NCBI GenBank assembly: GCA_001897305.1 | Contig: MKSO01000001.1 | Span: forward strand, 180,001-212,000 | Origin: Candidatus Saccharimonadota bacterium | GTDB lineage: Bacteria > Patescibacteriota > Saccharimonadia > Saccharimonadales > Saccharimonadaceae | DNA: 32,000 bases | Direction of reading: 5' to 3' | In this document: positions 10,901 to 15,965 of the stretch, in pieces | Position numbering within the stretch: position 1 is the stretch's first letter | Layout of the letters: each line of letters starts with the position of its first letter | Notes under the pieces: generated by a model | Database searches by the model: none | Seen by the model: the letters and a program-made list of their open reading frames with translations, nothing else | Told to the model about the DNA's origin: nothing | Program-made: the position numbers and the translations under genes

Positions 10901-11203
10901 CCAAACTACAGTGTCGGTGCATCGGCCGGCGCGGGTGCCCAGGTTGTCATTGACGGTAACGATACAGCGGGTACTATTAAAGTAACTACTGGTTCAGGTG
11001 CCAATGCAGGCAGCCTTGCGGATCTCGTCTTTAGTCACGCGTATGGTAAGGCACCAAAGGTGCTTATCACCGGCCAAGATGACGCAAGTGTAAACGCTCG
11101 TGTCTACCCATCGGGTAAATCAAGTAGCGGCTTCTCACTCGGTACATCTCAGACGTTAGCACCAAATACCACCTACTCATTTGACTACTTTATTGTTCAA
11201 TAG
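1940..11203 (+). CDS. Giant membrane-anchored surface protein (3,087 aa) with tail-fibre-like repeat architecture; putative adhesin or host-contact fibre
   Basis: An uninterrupted 9.26-kb ORF. ATG at 1940 follows GAGGA at a 9-nt spacing and lies 1 nt after the upstream stop. The N-terminal TM anchor is LLPVFVSLGIFVVIFGVVALYLW. About 11 repeat units of 134 aa each carry a C-x13-C-P-G loop. The motif ANGGTG..TAA.ARTNLGAA.SG.N.DIT occurs three times (nt ~3206, ~5336, ~6696). A G.G..ITNLNASNIATGTV.NARL motif and two QGGNAFN...LG.TDN modules are present. The protein is T/S/G/N/A-rich and low in charge. Confidence 0.9.
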   Translation: MNRKALLPVFVSLGIFVVIFGVVALYLWNASRQDVKSTADQSVTTVKGLQDLQVIDQPVSPTKQVIGGDLKVTGNVSIIDGLSSSSLQLTPVTNPAGLRTGQLYTNTDNNLYYYDGRVSSNISGGLATARVDINQLQQETAQFLNRPEGVLTLQGQSGNVVLAGSDGIAISGTTITNNGVLTVQGRAGNVQFVSGNGIDVTGTTINNTGVTSLGGQNGTVALGTGLSISNGTLVNTGITQLISGSSDLIVSNVGGGAYTISYAGSGVGGTVALAPNTSQEDSSNNASIAFNKTGLGNLIQISTGTNASNKFVVDQSGAIINGSINFSQVTGVPSLVNSIAGLTGTVGVGAGLAVNGGQLVATTAVNNLVGTANQVNVSGSGTLTLSLPQSIATTSSPTFAGLTLTNALTVGNGGTGASTAAGARTNLGAAASGVNNDITSLTGLTTALSVAQGGIGTTSLTQNGVLIGNGSAAVSTLNAASANQCLVSGAGGVLSFQTCPGAGSVTSVNGKNGAVTIAGVDPTSIDSTGSSIVIRDASYTTKGLASFNSTNFSVLNGSVTTAQNINTGATPTFAGLNLTAALSTANGGTGRTSFTANSLLVGQGGAALGTVGTTIDGQCLVSGTGGVLGFASCPGSNGVASLNGLTGAVSLSTVTASSLSQTGNVITVRDASDTIKGLAAFNSSNLVVTNGVVNTAQNINTSATPTFAGLSLDTALAVTSGGTGRNTLTANSLLIGNGTGAVSMLSAPTAGLCLTSGTGGVLSFVTCPGTAVVNTLNGQSGDITLTAADPSSITTTGATISIRDASYTNKGLASFNGSNFSVTNGAVNTIQDIATTATPTFEGLTLTSALGVTSGGTGATNFAANSLLIGQGTAAVSTLGTSTAGQCLISGTGGYLSFSACPGSNGVASLNGLLGALTVKGVSASSVLSTGSTITIADATDTVKGLAAFNSSNLVVTNGVVNTVQDISVNATPTFASLTLSSPLAVSSGGTGASSFAANAVLIGNGSSTFGAVAATAENQCLISAADGSLSFVTCPGAAGVTSLNGLQGSLTLNAADPNSIASSGTTITLRDATNSRKGLASFNAANFSVTSGAVNLVQDIGSGATPTFAGLSLGSALTVANGGTGATTAADARTNLGAASSGVNNDITTLGSVTSIASGSGLTINATSGTLSLQGAATVLAQTNGTNTTRLDFANPTADVTYRLQTAAAGTYEVCTTAGNCVGVGGGVTTTGGTIGKLSRFVSGTAIGDSIITDNGSTVSIGGALNVNTITPTAAAIIGATTQSLTLQGSTTSITSTGAASTNTLTFATPSGTNKTITIPNASGTVAISASGPLSLDANGNLSCASCLTSGGGGGGATGVSSVNGITGAVTLVSSDANSLTTAGTSITINDATATTKGLAAFNSNNLVVSNGVVNTIQDIGTGATPTFANINLSSPLTVANGGTGRSNLPKGLVIGNGTGAVDILAPTGASECLASDSSSNLVFVACPGTSVVNFLNGLNGTVTIDTVSASSLSTSGNNIRIQDATSSIKGLASFNASNLTVTNGSVNTVQDISTSSTPSFNGLSLGTALGVASGGTGSATAAGARTNLGAAARGANSDITSLSGLTTALSVAQGGTGQSSLTANRVLLGNGTSGIAVSNAAGVGQCLVGNASGAPSFQACPGSDGVRTFNSLNGDVTLDTTSANSLVVSGNNIRIQDATSSIKGLASFDGTNLTIVNGAVNTAQNITTSATPTFAGLNLTTALGVASGGTGRSTLATNGVVVGQGTSAVTTVGTNTAGQCLVSGTGGALSFASCPGSGGVASLNGLNGAVTIDTVTPSSLLVSGNNIRIQDATSSIKGLASFNTDSLTVTNGSVSTVQSINTTATPTFAGLTLTSPLGVGSGGTGRSTLAAGSLLIGNGSGAISTLGTSVAGKCLVSGASGTLSFLDCPGTDVVSSLNGVSGAVTVTAVDPASIDTTGNTITVKDASYTTKGLASFNGGNFVVSNGAVNTIQNIATTSSPTFAGLTLSSALGVANGGTGAGSFATNGILVGQGTSAVTTVSTTTANQCLVTGTGGVLTFASCPGSGGVSSFNGLTGAVNVATTTASSLLTSGNTVTIRDASDTIKGLASFNSTNLTVTSGVVNTVQDISTASTPTFAGLTLGNALSVANGGTGQTTLTANRVLLGNGTSGVAVSNAAGAGLCLIGNATGAPSFQSCPIGGNISSGTSQTAGVVAMFDSTANQITDSIISQSGSVVSVGGQLSATTLSGNGAAITNLNASNIATGTVANARLSANVTLQGNSFNGNSQLLKLDSSGATTQNGLCLMSTGSGTGTAFQACPGSNVAVGANTSLSNLSNVAINDMLLPGASNSIDIGSTTLAFRNLYLAGAVSAAGAINGLTLTSNSLQSAGALNLSAGGTNQAVTIAGSGSGGVTINPGTGSITLSGVTCNTSANGGKLTTNASGILGCADDIGGVSVVGTIDSQTASANGAVINGNTIYLQTASSTATGLVSTAAQTFAGNKTFAGATTLQGATTMSGSVTIGSPSMGVLYTDTSGTVQKAYTSGATVGQCLAYTATNTLGFQSCGGGGGGGNPFLQGGNAFNATATLGVTDNQAINIIQNNQNRIAMPNDGNIIITPMTNKFVFINTTASDSDADLIVNGRVKSLTGFKVGNVSGISIAQCSGYIQNAVVSGGIITNGNCSSGGSAGQALVQGGNAFNGTLTMGTTDNFGVNIVKQGTTMIGISQDGNIDFSPSVNKWVRVGTTDTDSTSQFIVGGRIKSGTGFRVGNNTGIDLTCQNGNQTLGAVRIAGGIIYQAQCATNNSDLAENYASPQQLAPAEIVMAAGTSATTVVRATGEGAREKLMGVVSTNPGQTLGTEQVPNGYPIALTGRVPVKVNGEGGPIAVGDKVTISSVEGVGKKATTPGMIVGTAVESFDGNGQGSIEVFVNLMYWSPVDGNNLQAQTGTFGSLNVSGNTTLNTLTVTGVATFQANIVVNGHIITGGGAPNYSVGASAGAGAQVVIDGNDTAGTIKVTTGSGANAGSLADLVFSHAYGKAPKVLITGQDDASVNARVYPSGKSSSGFSLGTSQTLAPNTTYSFDYFIVQ
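3120..5290 (+). repeat. Coding tandem repeat block 1 of the giant gene: 5 units with an exact 402-nt (134-aa) period
   Basis: The first Cys codon of the C-x13-CPG loop recurs at 3392, 3794, 4196, 4598 and 5000, exactly 402 nt apart each time. Units are diverged (not identical) at both amino-acid and DNA level. Block edges are approximate. Confidence 0.9.
6020..8535 (+). repeat. Coding tandem repeat block 2 of the giant gene: about 6 units (one of 522 nt, then a 402-nt period)
   Basis: Cys codons fall at 6359, 6881, 7283, 7685, 8087 and 8489. A ~55-nt stretch (ggcaataacattcg.attcaagacgc...ggcttggcatc) recurs at 6491, 7013 and 7415 with only a few substitutions. Block edges are approximate. 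Confidence 0.9.
9660..10360 (+). repeat. Two tandem ~116-aa modules (QGGNAFN..LG.TDN..I....G.....DGNI......NK.V...T.......F/L IV.GR.KS.TGF.VGN) near the C-terminus of the giant protein
   Basis: caaggcggtaatgcc at 9671 and caaggtggtaacgcc at 10019 are 348 nt apart. The two translated modules align along their whole length. Confidence 0.8.
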
Positions 11204-11246
11204 ACGATAGTTTCAAGCGAAATATATTGGCGTATCATAAGCGCTT

Positions 11247-11255
11247 TGGTATAAT
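11247..11255 (+). promoter_or_regulatory. Extended -10 element (TGGTATAAT) upstream of the 11302 gene
   Basis: A TGnTATAAT match lies 47 nt upstream of the ATG. A GGAGGGGA Shine-Dalgarno sequence sits 5 nt before the ATG. Confidence 0.5.
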
Positions 11256-11301
11256 CGAGAGGTTAACCAATCGAATCGACAAACAAATGGAGGGGAGTTG
11301 A

Positions 11302-11805
11302 ATGGATTACAAGCAAGAGGCGGAACGTCCTTCTGGTGCAAGCGGCCCACGCAAAGCGGCTGCTAAGCAAAAAAGTATTAAAAAAGTTGTTACTATCGCC
11401 GTCATCAGCGTTGTACTCGTTGCTGCTCTTGCAGTAAGTACCGTACTTCTTCTGACTAACGCGGGTAGCTCTAAAAACGCGGCTATCGGCAAAGATGACT
11501 ACCAAGCGGTCTTCTTAACAAATGGCCAGGTATATTTCGGTAAGTTGCAAAACGCAACCGGTGAATACCTTAAGTTGACAGACATTTACTACCTTCAGGT
11601 AGATAGTGCCGTTCAGCAAGCTGGAAGCACCGAAAAGACTGCTAATAGTACCTCGTCAGACAGCAATGTCCAGCTTATTAAGCTTGGAAACGAATTGCAC
11701 GGTCCTCGCGATGAAATGCAGCTTAATAATACACAGGTACTCTTCTGGGAAAACCTAAAACCAGATAGCAAAGTATCTGAAGCTATCAAGAACTACAAGC
11801 AGTAG
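11302..11805 (+). CDS. Membrane-anchored hypothetical protein (167 aa)
   Basis: Strong Shine-Dalgarno sequence. A basic N-terminus is followed by one TM helix (VVTIAVISVVLVAALAVSTVLLL) and an extracytoplasmic domain (YQAVFLTNGQVYFGKL...YLKLTDIYYLQ). A clean intrinsic terminator follows. Confidence 0.7.
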   Translation: MDYKQEAERPSGASGPRKAAAKQKSIKKVVTIAVISVVLVAALAVSTVLLLTNAGSSKNAAIGKDDYQAVFLTNGQVYFGKLQNATGEYLKLTDIYYLQVDSAVQQAGSTEKTANSTSSDSNVQLIKLGNELHGPRDEMQLNNTQVLFWENLKPDSKVSEAIKNYKQ

Positions 11806-11826
11806 TTAGAATCTTAATATTCTAAA

Positions 11827-11857
11827 TCAAACCCCGTCTTTTGACGGGGTTTGATTT
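11827..11857 (+). terminator. Rho-independent terminator
   Basis: tcaaaccccgtc / tttt / gacggggtttga forms a perfect 12-bp stem, followed by a T-run. Confidence 0.85.
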
Positions 11858-11871
11858 ACGTAAAATGCTCA

Positions 11872-11880
11872 TGGTAAAAT
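11872..11880 (+). promoter_or_regulatory. Extended -10 (TGGTAAAAT) 7 nt upstream of the GTG start at 11888; possible leaderless transcript
   Basis: TGg-TAAAAT, then agcataa, then GTG. There is no Shine-Dalgarno sequence between them. Confidence 0.35.
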
Positions 11881-11887
11881 AGCATAA

Positions 11888-13810
11888 GTGGAAAAAATCA
11901 AAGTACCCACAAAAATAAAAACATTCTTTTTAAATACGCCACGACTACTATTGGTTTTAGGGAGTGTTATATGTATTGCGCTTATAACGGGGTATTGCCT
12001 CGTTTTCTTTATTCCCAAAACGGTGCACTATACATATGCAAATGAGGTATGTTCGCCGCTATTCACGCTACTTCCTCAAGCGCAAAAAGCATCACCAGGA
12101 CAGTTTGATCTATCGCTCAAAGGCGAGTTGCGGGTCGGAAGGTTTGTCTATGCCTCGACCCAAGTGTGCGCCACGCCGACAAACGCACCAAAGCCGGGTG
12201 ACTATCGGCTTGCTATCGCGCCATTAGGTGGTTGGTTTGCGTCTAAGTCGGTTGTAGTAACGGTGCCCGAGTCTCCTACTGTCAAAGTAGCGGACATTGC
12301 AGGTAAGAATATATCAGCAGCCCTACCTCTTAAAATCCCTCTTTCTACTGCTGATACAATCCACTCCTATAGTCTAGCCGTTGACGGGGGCGCAGCAACA
12401 ATGTGCGCTTTTAAGAATAGCTTTTTGTCGTGTGACATCTCAAAACTCGCCCTAGAACCCGGCTCTGACTACAAAGTCCGCCTCTTTAGGGCTTTTAAGT
12501 CTGAGGAAAAGACACAATTGCTCGAGGCCCCAGTGAAAACGCTCGTTCCCATCAAGCAAGTTGCAGCAAGCCTCCAAAATGACGCGACTATCTATGACAT
12601 GCCGACGGCATTTAACTTTGAATACGACCAAGATGTCACTAGTGTGGATGCTACTTTGGAAAAGATAGATGGAGAAACAAAGGCTACTGTGCCTATTTTG
12701 ATTAAAAAGGAAGGCAAGAAACTGAGTATCGACCTAAAAGACAGCCTTCCTCGCCGTAGTACTTTTGTACTAACGATCCGCCAGGTTATAGGCGTTAATG
12801 GCAGTTCTCTTGAAGAGCCGACTGTCTTGAAGTTTACAAGTTCTGGTGGGCCTCAGGTAAAATCGGTTTCAGTTGGGTCTGGCGCGGTTCAGCCAGGCGC
12901 GGTCATTATTGTGACATTAGATCAGCCGATGGTTGATAATGTCGATATCGCTTCTGTGGCCAGCTTGAAAGGGGTTGGCGGTACGGTCGCGAAGAAATCG
13001 GCTACCGAAATAACCTATAGTTTAAATGCGGGAAACTGTCAGGCCTTCAGTCTTGTCCTTGCCAAAGGTATCAAAAGTGGCAGTAACAACGAGGCATCAG
13101 AAGCATGGAACTTTGATTCACGGACAATTTGTGGAACGTCGAGCATAATTGGATACTCGGTAAAGGGGCGGCCTATTACGGCTTACTCTTTTGGGAGTGG
13201 CTCAACGGTAATATTATTTACAGCTGGTATTCATGGTTCTGAACCCAGTAGCACTACTACTTTACAGGCCTGGGTAGAATACTTGAAAGTAAATGGATAC
13301 ACCATTCCTAGTAATAAACGGCTTGTGATCGTCCCGAATACTAACCCTGACGGCATCGCCAGTAATACGCGTAATAATAGCCGAGACGTTAATATAGACA
13401 GGAATTTCCCCACTGCTAACTGGAGCGCTTCCATTGAATCTGCCAACGGTACTCTGCCAATGGGTGGCGGCGCGCATCCAGGTTCGGAGCCCGAAACCAC
13501 GGCTCTTATAAACCTGACCCGTCAGCTACGGCCGCGGCTTTCAGTAGCATTCCATGCTCAGGGTCGGCTCGTTGGTGCAAATAAAGTAGCCGACTCGGTT
13601 GCTATAGGTAATGTGTACGCCAGTACTGTAGGCTATAAAACAATGTATGATAACGCCGAAGCAATAATGGGGTATACGATTACCGGCGAGTACGAGGATT
13701 GGATGGGTGAAGAGCTACGCATCCCAGCCATTCTGATTGAGCTTCCGTCATCTGCGGGTAATTACTTATCATCACAACTGACGGCTTTGTGGAAAATGGT
13801 CACCATATAG
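11888..13810 (+). CDS. Membrane-anchored extracytoplasmic protein with Ig-like/SbsA-like middle region and a C-terminal M14 zinc carboxypeptidase domain (likely peptidoglycan-peptide or gamma-D-Glu-DAP type peptidase)
   Basis: The N-terminal TM is LLLVLGSVICIALITGYCLVFF. The C-terminal ~220 aa carry the M14 signature order: FTAGIHGSEP (HxxE), NPDG, RDVNIDRNFP, GSEPET, FHAQG (third Zn ligand) and a YEDW..E tail. The only in-frame start is the GTG at 11888, so the start is somewhat uncertain. Confidence 0.82.
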   Translation: MEKIKVPTKIKTFFLNTPRLLLVLGSVICIALITGYCLVFFIPKTVHYTYANEVCSPLFTLLPQAQKASPGQFDLSLKGELRVGRFVYASTQVCATPTNAPKPGDYRLAIAPLGGWFASKSVVVTVPESPTVKVADIAGKNISAALPLKIPLSTADTIHSYSLAVDGGAATMCAFKNSFLSCDISKLALEPGSDYKVRLFRAFKSEEKTQLLEAPVKTLVPIKQVAASLQNDATIYDMPTAFNFEYDQDVTSVDATLEKIDGETKATVPILIKKEGKKLSIDLKDSLPRRSTFVLTIRQVIGVNGSSLEEPTVLKFTSSGGPQVKSVSVGSGAVQPGAVIIVTLDQPMVDNVDIASVASLKGVGGTVAKKSATEITYSLNAGNCQAFSLVLAKGIKSGSNNEASEAWNFDSRTICGTSSIIGYSVKGRPITAYSFGSGSTVILFTAGIHGSEPSSTTTLQAWVEYLKVNGYTIPSNKRLVIVPNTNPDGIASNTRNNSRDVNIDRNFPTANWSASIESANGTLPMGGGAHPGSEPETTALINLTRQLRPRLSVAFHAQGRLVGANKVADSVAIGNVYASTVGYKTMYDNAEAIMGYTITGEYEDWMGEELRIPAILIELPSSAGNYLSSQLTALWKMVTI

Positions 13811-13843
13811 TACAAACAGGTCGCTAGGTTTTGCCAATAAAAA

Positions 13844-13880
13844 ACAACCCGTCTCGCAGATCGGGTTGTCTTCTTTTTTT
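13844..13880 (+). terminator. Rho-independent terminator
   Basis: acaacccg ... cgggttgt stem (8 bp) followed by tcttcttttttt. Confidence 0.8.
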
Positions 13881-14053
13881 GTGCCCACGTGGTGGTGTGA
13901 GGCTTTTATAGAATCTTGTCTATATTTGGATAAGATTCAAACAGGTGCCCATTTATAATATCGCACAGAACGCATATGTGCAACAGTAGCATAACCATAA
14001 ATAAGTAATTTCTGCAATAAATATAATGCAATAAAAAAGTGCTTGTGTAAAAC

Positions 14054-14082
14054 TTGACAAAAAGCATAAGCTATGCTATCAT
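14054..14082 (+). promoter_or_regulatory. Near-consensus sigma70-type promoter of the KGG stress-protein gene
   Basis: TTGACA (14054-14059), a 17-nt spacer, then TATCAT (14077-14082). It predicts a ~125-nt leader before the ATG at 14217. Confidence 0.6.
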
Positions 14083-14216
14083 TTAATCAAGCACATATCG
14101 AGGTCTATATCGTATGTGAGGTATAAACGAGGGTTTCCACGCCAGTATGGTAGTGGAAATCTTTTTATTAATGTGGAAATCACCGTCAGTAACGATGGTG
14201 AAAGAGGAGATCCTAC

Positions 14217-14414
14217 ATGGCAGGTACTAAAGAAGGCGGCAAGAAAGCTGCACTTAAAAACCTACAACGCGACCCAGCTTTCTACGCAAAGATTGGTTCA
14301 AAGGGTGGTAAGAACGGTCACACTGGTGGCTTTGCCGCTAACCCAGACCTCGCTCGCATTGCGGGCGCTAAGGGTGGTCGTATTTCACGCCGCCGCAAGA
14401 CAACTGACGCCTAG
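14217..14414 (+). CDS. Small KGG-repeat general stress protein (65 aa, YciG/GsiB-like)
   Basis: A strong Shine-Dalgarno sequence (AAAGAGGAG) sits 7 nt before the ATG. The protein is Gly/Lys-rich with repeated KGG motifs (SKGGKNGHTGGFAANPDLARIAGAKGG), characteristic of the stress-induced KGG repeat family. A terminator follows. I prefer this ORF over the overlapping 162-aa ORF at 14116-14604. Confidence 0.78.
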   Translation: MAGTKEGGKKAALKNLQRDPAFYAKIGSKGGKNGHTGGFAANPDLARIAGAKGGRISRRRKTTDA

Positions 14415-14430
14415 TCTGTTGCTATACACA

Positions 14431-14458
14431 AAAAACTCCCTTATAGGGGAGTTTTTTG
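14431..14458. terminator. Bidirectional intrinsic terminator shared by two convergent genes
   Basis: aaaaactccc / ttata / ggggagtttttt. The hairpin is flanked by an A-run on the left and a T-run on the right, so each strand reads stem-loop plus U-tract. It sits between the stop at 14414 (+) and the stop at 14464 (-). Confidence 0.8.
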
Positions 14459-14463
14459 TTGTC

Positions 14464-14934
14464 TTAGCGAGTTGGGGTTTGTACCTTATATCGACGCAAA
14501 GCACATATACGAGCCTCATTAACCCGCCATTGATGCAAACAGGCTGGGCATTGGTAGGTATTGGTAGTTGTTTGATAGCCATTAGCTGTACATTCGGGGC
14601 ATAGACTACGGGCGTGGAGCCATTCTCGGTACGTATCTAGATGATCTTGAACGACATCATCGTTGAACCGTACAGCGTATTTCTCGGCAAGAGTAGCGGC
14701 GTGTTCCCAGGCGGCTGATTCCATGGCGATAAGCTCAACGTCTCTGTTGTAAGTATGGTGATCAAGTACTGAATGTGAAAATTCATGCAGTAGCAGCAAA
14801 GATGCCTGAGGAGCCTCAGGGTTGTAAAAAATAGTTCTATTAGAGGGAGACCATAAAAACTCCTCACCTTGGACGAAAGCGATGTCGGGGTGGGTGGTTT
14901 TAAGCTTGTGAATCAGCGAGGACATCGAGCGCAT
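14464..14934 (-). CDS. HExxH zinc-metallopeptidase-like protein with a C-terminal CxxC...CxxC zinc ribbon (SprT-like architecture)
   Basis: It carries LLLLHEFSHSVLDHH (HExxH) and CPEC..(x13)..CPAC. Its ~156-aa size and domain order resemble SprT-family proteins. The start is placed at the ATG at 14934 (MRSMSSL..); ATG 14925 or the longer ORF start at 14985 are alternatives. All of these overlap the end of the upstream ROK gene. Confidence 0.55.
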   Translation of the reverse strand: MRSMSSLIHKLKTTHPDIAFVQGEEFLWSPSNRTIFYNPEAPQASLLLLHEFSHSVLDHHTYNRDVELIAMESAAWEHAATLAEKYAVRFNDDVVQDHLDTYREWLHARSLCPECTANGYQTTTNTYQCPACLHQWRVNEARICALRRYKVQTPTR

Positions 14935-15721
14935 AATAATAACATCCGTAAATAACAGCTTCCTCAGGGTGTTTCGCCTGAACAAGTTTTGGTAGGGGAA
15001 TGTGCGGAGGAAGTTTTTCTTTTAAGATGCCCTTTAAATCCTCTTCGTATTGCTTGAAGTACGTACCAATACTGCCGCCTATAATGATAATATCCGGTTG
15101 GATAACAGGTATAACAGCCAAGAAGCCGCGACTAATACGGTCGGCGATTTTGCGCCAAATTCGCTTGCTTTTAATGTCCCTGGCATAGGTTCGGTAGGTA
15201 TTGTAGATAGCCTTGCCTGATGCAAAGCTCTCCCATTCACGCACCACGCCGTCGTACTCAACTAATGAACGGCCGGCTTCGCTATGGCGCAGGCCGGGGT
15301 CGATGCGACCGTTGGTTATAACGCCACTGCCGATTCCGGTACTGACGGTCACGTAAAGGCTAGAGAGCGGCATTGGAGAGCGTTGACGGGTTTCCGCTAG
15401 GCCAGCGAGGTTGGCATCGTTCTCGATATAGAGCGGGGCATTGCCTAGTACGCCTTGCAAGGCACTAGCCACATCGAAGTTCTTCCATTTTAAATTATTA
15501 CACCAGACCGCAACGCCGTTCTTGATAATGCCGGGCATAGCGATAACGATAGCGTCAACCTGTTTACCCCCGAATAGGGTGGTGAGGTGAGTGGTGAGAG
15601 TTTGGATGTAGTGTTCCTTTTGCGGAGGAGTAGGAAACTTAAACAGCGTCGTAACCTTACCGGCTTCGTCAAAGCCTGCAATTAACGTTTTCGTTCCCCC
15701 TGTATCCACCGCGACAATCAT
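14900..15721 (-). CDS. ROK-family sugar kinase (glucokinase-like)
   Basis: MIVAVDTGGTKT (phosphate-1 motif), ENDANLAGLAE, and VSTGIGSGVI. Length is 273 aa. The canonical Cys-rich zinc motif of ROK proteins is not evident. Confidence 0.82.
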   Translation of the reverse strand: MIVAVDTGGTKTLIAGFDEAGKVTTLFKFPTPPQKEHYIQTLTTHLTTLFGGKQVDAIVIAMPGIIKNGVAVWCNNLKWKNFDVASALQGVLGNAPLYIENDANLAGLAETRQRSPMPLSSLYVTVSTGIGSGVITNGRIDPGLRHSEAGRSLVEYDGVVREWESFASGKAIYNTYRTYARDIKSKRIWRKIADRISRGFLAVIPVIQPDIIIIGGSIGTYFKQYEEDLKGILKEKLPPHIPLPKLVQAKHPEEAVIYGCYYYALDVLADSQA

Positions 15722-15727
15722 GCCTCT

Positions 15728-15736
15728 AGTGTAGCA
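15728..15736 (-). promoter_or_regulatory. Extended -10 (TGCTACACT on the minus strand) 6 nt upstream of the ROK ATG; leaderless-type promoter
   Basis: The minus strand reads TGC-TACACT-agaggc-ATG. There is no room for a functional Shine-Dalgarno sequence. Confidence 0.5.
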
Positions 15737-15750
15737 TGAACAATGCAGAT

Positions 15751-15901
15751 TTAGCTCCTAATTTGGTGGCAAGAGGATGGTCTTATATAAGCGACACATT
15801 CCGCAGCCTGAGTTGAGATGGGCGTAGAGACCCCATCGAAACCCAGCGCGAGGACCGTTCGCGTTGTAAGACCATCCTCTTGCCACCAAATTAGGAGTTA
15901 A
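15751..15901. repeat. Long-hairpin element, copy A (shorter, divergent): 31-bp perfect inverted arms around an 81-nt interior
   Basis: The left arm ctcctaatttggtggcaagaggatggtctta (15755-15785) is the exact reverse complement of 15867-15897. Pairing extends 3 bp further after one G/T mismatch. The interior contains TTCCGCAG, ATCGAAACC and GCGAGGAC, which also occur in copies B and C but in a different order. Confidence 0.7.
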
Positions 15902-15965
15902 CCGCTTACGGTTGCATTCTATCTGATAACCTCGCATACTAGGCCCATAACGAGGAGAGCGTGGT

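Noticed and set aside
14116-14604. 162-aa ORF spanning the KGG gene region
   Set aside because: It has no Shine-Dalgarno sequence, and it runs through the bidirectional terminator and antisense into the convergent gene. The alternative 65-aa frame has a strong Shine-Dalgarno sequence, a family-typical KGG repeat sequence and a terminator.
15830-15850. tRNA T-arm-like string (CATCGAAACCC) in element A, and a general scan for tRNA genes in intergenic regions
   Set aside because: No cloverleaf (acceptor, D or anticodon arms) can be drawn around it. The GGTTCGAATCC-type consensus is absent from all intergenic regions.
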